This document shows positions 1 through 9,200 of a stretch of 33,579 bases of DNA, one piece after another. Source of the DNA: Chrysochromulina tobinii (lineage: Eukaryota). The translations under genes were made by a program, and so were the position numbers. The stretch covers positions 1-33,579 of the forward strand of contig JWZX01003120.1 of NCBI GenBank assembly GCA_001275005.1. Reading direction: 5' to 3'. The notes under the pieces are model-generated. The model worked only from the letters and a program-made list of their open reading frames with translations, ran no database searches and was not told the DNA's origin. The stretch's first letter is position 1. Every line of letters begins with the position of its first letter.

Positions 1-1094
1 GCCGCCTCCTCGGCCGCCGTCTCCTCAGCCGCCGCCGCCGCCGTCGCCGCCGCCGCCTCGGCCGCCGCCGCCTCGGCCGCCGCCGCCTCGGCCGCCGCCG
101 CCGTCGCCAGTGCCTCTGCTACGGCCGCCTTGGCCGCCACCTCCACTTCCGCCGTCTCCTTCTCCGCCGCCGCTACCTCATCCGGCGAGTCAGCCGGCAT
201 CGTTGAGCTGGCCTGTGGCGGCTCGTTACCCTTCGCCCCCGGCGCGTCCACAGGCGCCGTCTTGGGCGCCACCTCCTGCGCTGGCGCCGTCTCGGGCGCC
301 CCCTCATGGCTCGCCTCCATAGGCGCCGTCTTGGGCGTCACCTCCTGCGCTGGCGCCGTCTCGGGCGCCCCCTCGAGGCTCACCTCCTCGTCCTCTTCCG
401 GCGCTCGCGCCGGTGCTTGGGCCGGCGACGCCTCGATCTTCCCCATCCACCGCGCCGCCTCGCGCTCCGCTTGGGCTCGAAGCTCGGCCTCGGCGGCAGC
501 CTCGCGGTCGACGAGCTCTCTATGCAGTTCGGGAGCCGAACGGGCCAGGGCCCTTTCCCGCCGCTCTTGCTCTGCGCCCATACCACCGGCGGCCGCGTTG
601 GCCGCGTCGGCGAGCAGCACGTGCAGCGCCGCCACCCAGTGCGCGAAGGAGACGTCGTCGGTGCAACGCACGTCGAGCGAGTCCTTCTCCTTGCTCCCGG
701 ACTCGTCGGTCGAGTCGATGAGCAGCGATAGACATAGCGATACGTCGCCGTCGCCCTCAATGCTACGACGGAAGACTTCGGATTCGGCACCGACTAAGAG
801 CGATGCGCAGTCGGCAATGCGAACCGACCGCTTCTTGCCCATGACCGACCCTGCCAGGCTGGACAGCGAGCCGGCGAGTCCACTGCGACTGTCTTCCCAG
901 CTAAGTACCGTCTCGTCTTGGGAGAGTCGGAAGACAGCTTCGTGACCCTTCCCGTTCCGGCCAAACTTGATCGCGGGTGCGCCGCGCTTCAGCATGTTGA
1001 TTCCTTCAGCGGTCGCAGATCCCGCTGGTGCCGATCTGGTCAGCCGCTGCCCTGGCACTGGCGGTGGTGGCTGCGGGACGCCGCGGTCCGCCAT
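1..1094 (-). CDS. PH-domain protein (PLC/PRAF-type PH) with Ala/Glu-rich coiled-coil region; 3' end runs off the window
   Basis: Absent from the ORF track because no stop lies in the window. Manual translation from ATG 1094 gives MADRGVPQPPPP...MLKRGAPAIKFGRNGKGHEAVFRLSQDETVLSW...KRSVRIADCASLLVGAESEVFRR...CLSLLI...KDSLDVRCTDDVSFAHWVAALHVLL. This follows the plant PRAF/RLD-type PH pattern (KxGRxGK..F.LS.DE..L.W ... SLDL.C.D..E...W..GL). The frame continues into EEAAAA-type low complexity at the left edge. Confidence 0.8.
   Translation of the reverse strand, partial: MADRGVPQPPPPVPGQRLTRSAPAGSATAEGINMLKRGAPAIKFGRNGKGHEAVFRLSQDETVLSWEDSRSGLAGSLSSLAGSVMGKKRSVRIADCASLLVGAESEVFRRSIEGDGDVSLCLSLLIDSTDESGSKEKDSLDVRCTDDVSFAHWVAALHVLLADAANAAAGGMGAEQERRERALARSAPELHRELVDREAAAEAELRAQAEREAARWMGKIEASPAQAPARAPEEDEEVSLEGAPETAPAQEVTPKTAPMEASHEGAPETAPAQEVAPKTAPVDAPGAKGNEPPQASSTMPADSPDEVAAAEKETAEVEVAAKAAVAEALATAAAAEAAAAEAAAAEAAAATAAAAAEETAAEEA
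253..374. repeat. Two ~53-bp in-frame direct repeats (period 69) encoding EGAPETAPAQEV(A/T)PKTAP
   Basis: ggcgccgtcttgggcg(c/t)cacctcctgcgctggcgccgtctcgggcgccccctc at ~253-305 and ~322-374. Confidence 0.85.
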
Positions 1095-1228
1095 TGACTT
1101 TTTCTGCATGTGACCAAAACGGCGCGTTCGGTAAATTACGGTGCCTCCGACGGTGTCTCCGACGGACGTGAACGACAGTTGTCACGACACCTTACGCGGT
1201 GACCTCTCTCCAACGTGCTTGCTACTCA

Positions 1229-2170
1229 TCATGAGAGTGTGGCACGCAGCAGCTCGCGCGGTGACCGAGGAGAGAGCGCGATCGTCAAGGTCGCCTCCTC
1301 GCCGTCGTCGAGCTTGATGCGCGTCCGGCACGACTGTCGCCACCGGGCCACGTTGCGCAAGAGCTGGCGCTCGCCCGCCCGCTTCTCGGAGAGGTTCTCG
1401 GCGCCCGCAAGCACACTGATCACACACGTGGCGCATAGGCCGTTGCCGCCGCACGTGCCAGAGCCCGGCGCTTTATTGTCGTAGCGCTGGGCTCTCATGT
1501 CATTCGGCGCGAGGCCCTCACGAATGAGCCGCATGCGCAGATTCTCGCCATTGTACGCGACAAACTGCGCCTCGGTGCCGTCAGGCTTGCGCGCCGTCAC
1601 GAGCGCGCGCCCCAAGGGCACCATCCGTTTCAGCAGCAGAGTAAGCGGCCGGCCATTCGCCTTCGCGACTGCATTGCCTAGGACCTCGATGAGCGCCTCG
1701 TAGGAGGCACCCTCCGTCACGATGCAGCCGTTGCTCAGGTCCTCCTCACCACCCACGCCCACGATGGTATCGCCGATCTTCACCACCTGACTCAGCACAC
1801 TGGAGCCTGCGTCGTCAGCAGTGCCACGATGCAGTTCAGCGCTGCGGCCCTCCACAAGGCCCGTGACGACAACGAGAGCAGCACTCGCTTCAGATCCGTC
1901 GTTGCTGTAGCCAGCCCCACCCAGCTCAGTCAGTTCAATGCCAAGGCTACCACCCACGATTGGCAGAGTCACTTCTATGGTGCGCACGACGTAAGTTGGG
2001 TCGGACGGCTCCAAGAGCGTTTGCTGCTCTACGCGGTCGAGCCCGCCGGATGAGCGCCGCGCCAGCCGTGTAGCCAGGCGCCACTCGGAGGCGCATATGC
2101 TCGAGCAGCGAGGAGGTGAGCTCGGAGGGAAAAGCATGCACGGTAATAAAGAGGCGCATGTGCGCATCAT
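1229..2170 (-). CDS. PDZ-like domain + 2Fe-2S ferredoxin domain protein, probably plastid-targeted
   Basis: C-terminal GENLR...CGGNGLCATC...WRQSC gives four Cys ligands of a 2Fe-2S ferredoxin. The central SLGIELTE...VVVTGLVEGRSAE...VKIGDTIVGV...SYEALIEVL...LTLLLKR is PDZ-like. The N-terminus is hydrophobic then Ser/Arg-rich, like a targeting peptide. Confidence 0.8.
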   Translation of the reverse strand: MMRTCASLLPCMLFPPSSPPRCSSICASEWRLATRLARRSSGGLDRVEQQTLLEPSDPTYVVRTIEVTLPIVGGSLGIELTELGGAGYSNDGSEASAALVVVTGLVEGRSAELHRGTADDAGSSVLSQVVKIGDTIVGVGGEEDLSNGCIVTEGASYEALIEVLGNAVAKANGRPLTLLLKRMVPLGRALVTARKPDGTEAQFVAYNGENLRMRLIREGLAPNDMRAQRYDNKAPGSGTCGGNGLCATCVISVLAGAENLSEKRAGERQLLRNVARWRQSCRTRIKLDDGEEATLTIALSPRSPRELLRATLS

Positions 2171-2379
2171 GTGTCTGACTCGCGGTGCGGGCTTTCGAGA
2201 TTGATTGGAATTTGCAGGAATCCTTGATAACCCGTGACGAAACCCCTCGTCCTGCCGTCAGGGACACAACGCCAGAGGCGGACCACAGAGATGTCCTCTT
2301 TTTCCATAAAAAGGTCCGTTTCACGGCCATTCGCCGCGCACGCCATACGCACGGAGTGCACGAGTCCCGATGGAGCGTG

Positions 2380-3327
2380 ATGGAAAAATGTGGGCCTTGT
2401 ATCGAGCAACCACAAAAACAAGCCCGCATCTGCAAGATGTGGGCGCGCGGCGAGACGTGCAGGCATCGCGGATGCCCATTCCGGCACCACACGAGCTCGG
2501 CCGCTGATGATAGGCGGGTAGCAAAGGCGACTGCCCAGCGCCAAACGGACGTCGCGGCCAATGTTCACCCCGATGACCCGCATTCGAGTGCAGAAATATC
2601 TACACACGGTGGCCGTTTCATTGAGTTTGCGCGCTGGCTGCTCGCCACGTTCGGTGCGACAGCACTTCGTGCACGGGCTGGGGTCGTCGACGTTGCTGGC
2701 GGCCGTGGTGGTCTTTCGTTCGAGCTGCACTGCCGACTGGGCATTCCATGCACTCTGCTCGAGCCTCGAGCCGTCGAGCTCAAGAGCAACCAAATAAGGC
2801 ATCTTCGTAAGCATCCGGAACGCGGCTGCTACCGACATGTTCGCGCGCGGCTTGATGCTTCCTTTGAGGAGACGGCCGAGGGTCACGCTCTGCTTCGAGA
2901 TTGCTCCATGCTTGTGGGGCTGCACTCAGACGAGGCCACAGAGGCACTGGTCGCGGCCGCTGGACGGTTTGGCAAGCCGTTTGCTGTGGTCCCCTGCTGT
3001 GTCTTTCCGACAGTGTTCAGCACCCGGCGCCTCGCTTGCGGCAAGCCAGTCCGAACGTATGACGATTTTTGCGCGTGGCTGTCCGAGCAGGCGGAAGGCA
3101 GCCAGATAGCCTTTTTGCCGTTTGCCGGGCGGAACCGCGTGGTCTTCCGTACGTCTGCCACCTCAGCTGAGTGCATCCACCGCCACGTTGTTCTTGTTGA
3201 CGTGTCGCTGCAGCCGGTGGAGAGGGAGCTCGAAGAGAGACTAGATTGGAGGAGAGACGGGGGCATCCATCTGTCGTCGACGAGGAGGCTCCGACTGGGA
3301 GTGCGACTAAAGATAAGCTTTCGTTAG
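2380..3327 (+). CDS. CCCH zinc finger + class I SAM-dependent methyltransferase (putative RNA methyltransferase)
   Basis: CKMWARGETCRHRGCPFRH (C-x8-C-x4-C-x3-H); motif I VVDVAGGRGGLSFEL; LVGLHSDEATE; KPFAVVPCCVFP; GRNRVVF. First ATG of the ORF taken as the start. The C-terminal ~55 aa are uncertain. Confidence 0.8.
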   Translation: MEKCGPCIEQPQKQARICKMWARGETCRHRGCPFRHHTSSAADDRRVAKATAQRQTDVAANVHPDDPHSSAEISTHGGRFIEFARWLLATFGATALRARAGVVDVAGGRGGLSFELHCRLGIPCTLLEPRAVELKSNQIRHLRKHPERGCYRHVRARLDASFEETAEGHALLRDCSMLVGLHSDEATEALVAAAGRFGKPFAVVPCCVFPTVFSTRRLACGKPVRTYDDFCAWLSEQAEGSQIAFLPFAGRNRVVFRTSATSAECIHRHVVLVDVSLQPVERELEERLDWRRDGGIHLSSTRRLRLGVRLKISFR

Positions 3328-3484
3328 TGGTGCAGTCTAAGTTCATCCGCGCGTGAGCGACGTGCGTGCCCAGTGGCGCTCTTCCTCTTCGGCACGCTCC
3401 TCTGACACCTCTCACTATACCGTACGCTCGATCTGTCACATTCCGGGAAGCTCGGTACCAGCTCGGTACTGGCCTCCTGCGTCA

Positions 3485-3928
3485 CTATACTCCTAGAACA
3501 TCGACTCCAGCGATCAGCACCAAAGCGCCGGATGCAAACGCGAGCGCAAACAGGATGCGTGCAGTGATGATGGCATCTGTGCCGAGCACGCGCCGCAATG
3601 GCGTCGGCCGATTGCCCGACGAGTCATTGATGATGACCGAATCGGACCCAGTGCCGAACGGATCTCCAACCGCGATGCGCCGCCAGAACTCCACGCCTGC
3701 CCATACGAACGGCACGCAGCCTATGATGAAGACCACGGTGTCCTCAGTGGTGATCCCACGCGGCTCAAAGGTCATTTTGGGCGCCGCGTCGACGCTGGCT
3801 TCGGCGATGGCATGTGCAGCTCTCGACGTGAAGAGACTGATCGCACCGATCACCGGTCTTACCGGCGGCAGGCGAAGCGCGTAGGCATGCATAGGCGATA
3901 AACACAGCACGCCGAGCACGAACTTCAT
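3485..3928 (-). CDS. Small two-TM membrane protein with signal peptide (plastid/thylakoid-type hypothetical)
   Basis: MKFVLGVLCLSPMHAYAL signal peptide, then a transit-like segment, then two hydrophobic helices (VVFIIGCVPFVWAGV; ILFALAFASGALVLIAGV) around FWRRIAVGDPFGTGSDSV. Confidence 0.7.
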   Translation of the reverse strand: MKFVLGVLCLSPMHAYALRLPPVRPVIGAISLFTSRAAHAIAEASVDAAPKMTFEPRGITTEDTVVFIIGCVPFVWAGVEFWRRIAVGDPFGTGSDSVIINDSSGNRPTPLRRVLGTDAIITARILFALAFASGALVLIAGVDVLGV

Positions 3929-4075
3929 CGCGATTCCTGGAAAAGTCACGGAAGTGAGAAAACATGACAAACGTGTTGTCCTCGGAACTTCCTGTGCCAC
4001 TACATGTACAATGTTTTGAGCAATCCGCGCAGTTTCATGGAAAATACCACTGAGGATTCCCCAGCGGTCACCCTT

Positions 4076-5836
4076 ATGTTTTGGACGCTATACGCAGCGA
4101 CGCACGCTGCGGCGCTGCTGCAGCCGCCGGCCCATATTGCCATCGTGGGTGGCGGGTGGAGTGGCTGGGGTGCGGCCAAGGCGCTGATTGAGAACGGCGC
4201 CAAGGTGACCTTGCTCGATGCTGTGCCGGATCCCACGGGGAAGACGCCCTTCCTGACGCCAACGGGCAAGCCATTTGAGGCTGGCACGCGTGGCTTCTGG
4301 ATGGACTACCCAAACATCGTCAGCCTGGTCACTTCTGATCTCGGCCTCGATGAGAACGCCGTCTTCACCGACTACACTAACAGCAGCTTCTACTCGCCTG
4401 ACGGCCTCGAGGCGACGGCGCCGGTCTTCTCCAAGGGTGCCAAAATCTTCGGCCAGACGATCCCCGAGCTGCCGTCGCCGCTTGGGCAGGTGGTGGCCAC
4501 CGTGGACCTCTTCGAGCGCGTTCCAATCGCCGACCGCGTCACGATGCTCGGCCTCCTGTACGGCATGCTCGACTTCGTGCGTGACGAGACCACGTTTGAG
4601 GCGTACGACCGCATGTCGGCGCATCAGCTCTTTATCAAGATGGGCATCTCGAAGCGGATGGTGGACGACTTCATCAAGCCGACGCTGCTCGTGGGGCTCT
4701 TCAAGCCGCCCGAGGAGCTCTCGGCTGCGGTCGCTATGGAGCTCCTCTACTTTTACGCTCTCGCGCATCAGACCGCATTCGACGTTCGCTGGATCAAATC
4801 CAAGTCGATCACTGAGCTCATCCTCGCGCCGCTCGCCGACAAGCTCGCCTCATACAAACTGCCCATCCCGCCCGCCCAGGGTACGGCCGGCGAGGTGGTC
4901 GCTGTTCCAGAGGCGGAGGCGGCACTCACTGTGCTGGGCGGGAGTTTCGTCTCCGGGCTGCAGCTCGACCCGGGCACTGGACAGGTGAGCGGGCTTACGT
5001 ACACCGACCGGGCCACCGGCGAGAAACGCTCTCTCGAGGGACTCTCCGGGTGCGTGCTCGCCCTCGGTGCCAAGGGCATGAAGTCAGTGGTGCAAGGCTC
5101 CCCAGCCTTGGCACGCCGTGCGCCTGAGCTCTGTGCAGCCGCGTCTCTCGACGCGATCGATGTGATTTCCGTTCGCCTCTGGCTCGACCGCACCGTGCCA
5201 ACGCGCACGCCGGCCAACGTCTTCTCGCGCTTCGAGGAGCTGCGCGGCGCGGGCGGCACGTTCTTCATGCTCGATCAGCTGCAGGATGACAACCCGACCC
5301 TCCTGTGGGGAAATGCGGAGCCTCAGGGTTCAGTGGTAGCGTGCGACTTTTACAACGCGGGTGCGCTGCTCGCGCTGCCGGACGAAGAGCTCACGCGCAT
5401 CCTCATGGAGGATCTGCTGCCCGTCGCCGTGAGCGCTTTTGGTGAAGCGAAGCTCGTCGACTCGTACGTGCAGCGCTTCCCCGGCGCTGTCACATGGTTC
5501 TCGCCAGGCTCTTACCGAAAGAGGCCGCCACTTCAAACGCCGGTGAGCAACCTCGTTTGCGCGGGTGACTGGGTGCGTATGGGCGAGCGCGAGCACGGTG
5601 CCAAGGGCCTCTGTCAAGAGCGTGCTTACGTGAGCGGCCTCGAGGCGAGCAATGCGCTCGCGCGCAACGGCCACCTCGGGGTGGGCATGGGCCGGCAGCA
5701 CATAGTGATCCCTATCCGCGACGATGAACCGCAGGTGGTCGCGGGACGTGCGGTCAACAAGGCCCTCGCCGATGCCTTCACTGCCAACCCACTCGTCAAG
5801 GCACTTGGTCTCAAGGCAAGCCCATGGGTGCGTTGA
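4076..5836 (+). CDS. FAD-dependent oxidoreductase, amine oxidase / phytoene-zeta-carotene desaturase-like family
   Basis: Dinucleotide-binding HIAIVGGGWSGWGAAKAL..G.KVTLLD; EAGTRGFWMDYPN; C-terminal TPVSNLVCAGDWV...QERAYVSGLEASN typical of PDS/ZDS-like enzymes. The signal-like N-terminus begins at ATG 4076; the ORF is open from 4004. Confidence 0.85.
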   Translation: MFWTLYAATHAAALLQPPAHIAIVGGGWSGWGAAKALIENGAKVTLLDAVPDPTGKTPFLTPTGKPFEAGTRGFWMDYPNIVSLVTSDLGLDENAVFTDYTNSSFYSPDGLEATAPVFSKGAKIFGQTIPELPSPLGQVVATVDLFERVPIADRVTMLGLLYGMLDFVRDETTFEAYDRMSAHQLFIKMGISKRMVDDFIKPTLLVGLFKPPEELSAAVAMELLYFYALAHQTAFDVRWIKSKSITELILAPLADKLASYKLPIPPAQGTAGEVVAVPEAEAALTVLGGSFVSGLQLDPGTGQVSGLTYTDRATGEKRSLEGLSGCVLALGAKGMKSVVQGSPALARRAPELCAAASLDAIDVISVRLWLDRTVPTRTPANVFSRFEELRGAGGTFFMLDQLQDDNPTLLWGNAEPQGSVVACDFYNAGALLALPDEELTRILMEDLLPVAVSAFGEAKLVDSYVQRFPGAVTWFSPGSYRKRPPLQTPVSNLVCAGDWVRMGEREHGAKGLCQERAYVSGLEASNALARNGHLGVGMGRQHIVIPIRDDEPQVVAGRAVNKALADAFTANPLVKALGLKASPWVR

Positions 5837-6227
5837 GCGGCAGCGGGGTACGCGCATGTCTGCTCCCCCTGAATGTGGCATTCACCTTACAGAAAACGAA
5901 CGTAAGCGAAGCATGACATTTCCTGGCCCGGCAGGCTGCCGTCGGGGCGCATGGCACAGTCTGCAGATTTTCATCGCATGGTTTGACGGTCTTGTCCGGT
6001 CAAATTCCGATCCGACGGTGAACAGTACTCGACTCGTGTCGGCGAGTTACGATCGTTTCTCGATCTATCGATTAATTTCGATAACACTAAATTCAGGAGA
6101 ACTCAGACTAACCCAGGCCACTGGCCAGCCATTACTAATCGATTGTTGGGGCGTGTACGCAATTTTCTCAGAGAAGGAGTGGCTGGCAGGAGCTTGAGCT
6201 TCTCGATACTCGATTATTATTGATGGC

Positions 6228-9200
6228 TTAGATGTTAGGCGGCCAATACTCATCCCAGAATCCGTTGTACGTGTTGGTCTGGAAACTAAAGAAGTGGTAC
6301 TTCTGCTTTGCGGTGATGGACATCGGGATGCGTTCCTTCTCATAATGAGCTGCCGCGGTTTTCTTGCCCTTCCCGCGGTCAGGCGATCCGTCATTGCCGC
6401 CTGACTTTTGAAAGAGCTGAGATGCCCAGGGAGGGGGCGGCTCGTGGTCTAAGTTGGCAATCGAGATGCCAAGGAGGTTGATCATCTTAATGGCCTGGCC
6501 GCGCAGCCAGGTGGCAGGTGAGCGCGCGAGCTCGAGGAGTGCATCACTCGCCCCCAGCTCGATCATGGTCCGCTTCGCGTCTGGATCGCGACAGAGGTTC
6601 GTGAGGCAAGCGGCTGCAAAGCCGCAGGTTTGGTCGTTGCCCCTCTGCAGCGCGTGTAGCAGTGGCGGCAGCCCGATGTACTCGATGATTTGCTTGTCGT
6701 AGATGCCGTCGGGCCCATCAGTCAGGCCCCACAGCGAGCACGCGGCGTGCCTCTGCGTCAAGACACGCGTGTCGGAGAGCAACGCGATCAAGGCCGGGAT
6801 ACCCCCTGCCTGCACAATCATCTTCTTGTTGTTGCCTCGTGACACGGCCAACGCAGAGAGGACCGAAGCCGCGTGCTCACGCGTGTCCGGCAACTTTGAG
6901 TGGATGAGCGTCACGAGGCTTGGAATGGCGCCAGCCTTGACGGTGGCCACGCGGTTATCACCATTAGAGGCCAGATGAAACAGAGCCCCTGCAGAGTACA
7001 TTTGAGCATTTTCCATGGGGCTACCGAGCAGCGCGACAAGCGGTTCGATACCACCTGCTCCAGCAATTATCGTCCTATTCTTCTCCAGGAGCGCAAGATG
7101 CCACAGAGCGCCGGCTGCATGCGTCTGCGCCTCTGGGGATGGGCAAGAGAGCATGGCAACCAGCGGCGGCACACCCTTCTCCGCCACGATGGTCTCCTTA
7201 TTCTCGGCGCCACGCGCAAGATCGCAGAGCACAGCAGCCGCTCGCTCCTGCGGCGTGTCGGTTCGCGCGCTTTTGCCGTCGCCCATCAGCCGGATGAGTG
7301 GTTGAATTGCTCCGTGGGCAGTGATGGCCGTCCGGTTGTCGGCGTTGCGCGAAGCGAGGACGGCAAGGGCAACCGCCGACTTCATTTGAGCTGAAGCGTT
7401 TCGCGTGTCGAGCACTTCCACAAGGTGGAAGATCACTCTGTCGCGTGATTCAACGTCATTAGAGGCAATGTTGAGCAGCGCGCCGACTGCGTGCTCTTGC
7501 GTTGCAACCGAGTCTGTGCCGAGCAGCGCCACAAGAGGGATGATGGCGCCCCCTTTCATGAGCGCGACCTGATTGTCCAGGTGATCACGCGCCAGCGACT
7601 CTATGGCTGCCGCCGCGTACTGCTGGGTGATCTCATTTGCGTCGGAGAGCAGCTCAACGAGGGGCGGAAGCCCTCCCGCCAAAGCAATGGCCGTCTGGTT
7701 CTCCTCGCACGCCGCAACGCGCCAAAGCGCCTTGGTCGCATACTGATACGTGATATGAGCTTTGCGCTTCAGGAGCTCGACTAAAGGCACGATGCCGTCC
7801 TCCTCGGTGATGGTCACCTGGATGACAATGTTATCCTTGGCGAGTGTGGCCAGCGCTAAGGCAGCCATATTGGCGTGTTTCATCGCCGTCACCGCAGCAC
7901 TTGACGGGCGTCCGCTACCAGTTAAGAGCTTGGTGCCGGCTGCCACCATGGAAATGAGCGGCGCGATTGCGCCTTCCTCGGCAATCTGAGATTGTGTGTC
8001 AGTACTGTCGAGTGCGATATCGGAAAGAGCCCGCGCTGCAACTTCCGGCGGTCCGAGGGTGGGATCAGCGAGCCACCCCACGAACGCTGGGATGGCTCCA
8101 GCTCTCGAAATGTCGAGCGCCGCCCCGGCACGCAGGGCGAGCTGGGCCAGAGCGTCGGCGGCGTGGACCTTGGCATCAGGGGTGCCCTCCAGAAGAAGGC
8201 GCACGAGCGGTTCGATGCCTTTCATCTTCCGAATGGCCTCAGCATTCGTGCCGATGGGGGCAAGCCAGGAGAGTACAGCCGCAGCATGCTCCTGTGCGGT
8301 CGGGCTGATCTTTCCGCCGACGAGAGCCGCAATGAGCGGCTTGATACCACCTGCCTGTACGACCGCTTCCTTCGCAGCCTGATTGGTGATCGACGAGAGC
8401 GACCACAGCGCATACTCCTGCGCCTCAACACGCCCGTCCTTGAGACCATCCTTCAGCAGATTGACGAGAGGTCCGCCGCCACCGGTACCGACGGCCTGCG
8501 CTTTCGTGGCCGACTTATCCTCGTCGGCAACCCCGCGCAGCGCCTCGGAGGCGCGCTGGCGCACAGACTCTGCTTCGGAGGCGAGCAGTTTGACGAGCTC
8601 CTGCGTCACAGTTGCTTTCTCTGCCTGTGATTTGAGCGAGATGAGCACCAGGCCCGCTGCCGCCATTTCCATCGACTTCTCGGACCCTGACTCGAGTTGC
8701 CGGACAAGCTCCGGGATGGCACCAGCCTTGGCGATGGCGCCGCGATTGTCGGGATTCGTGGCGAGATTGCGCAACAACTCCGTGACGTGCTCCTGCGCCA
8801 AGGCTGAGCCAGTCTTTATCAGGCGAACTAGATCCTGAGATACCGCCACCTGATTGGGGACGTTGTCGACCACGAGGGTCTGCAGGGCGCCGGCAGCTTG
8901 CGCCTTGGCGTCGTCCGTGCCACCGTCAAACAGATCGACAAGCGGCGTGATCCCTCCTGCGCTCGCAATCGCCACGCGGTTTGCTGAGGTCTCGGCGAGC
9001 GAGTGCAGGGCGGCTGCCACGGTCTCCTGTGCTTCTCGGCTGGCAGTCGAGAGCAATCCCACGAGAGGAACGATGCCACCCGCATGGGCGATGGCAATCT
9101 GGTTGGTACTGTGGCTGGCGAGGCTCGACAGAGCGCCCGCCACGTCGCGATGGACCTCTGGATGCCCTTTGAGCAGCGCAATCAGCAGCGGGATGCCACC

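Noticed and set aside
130..945. 271-aa plus-strand Ser/Ala-rich ORF
   Set aside because: Antisense of the PH-domain gene
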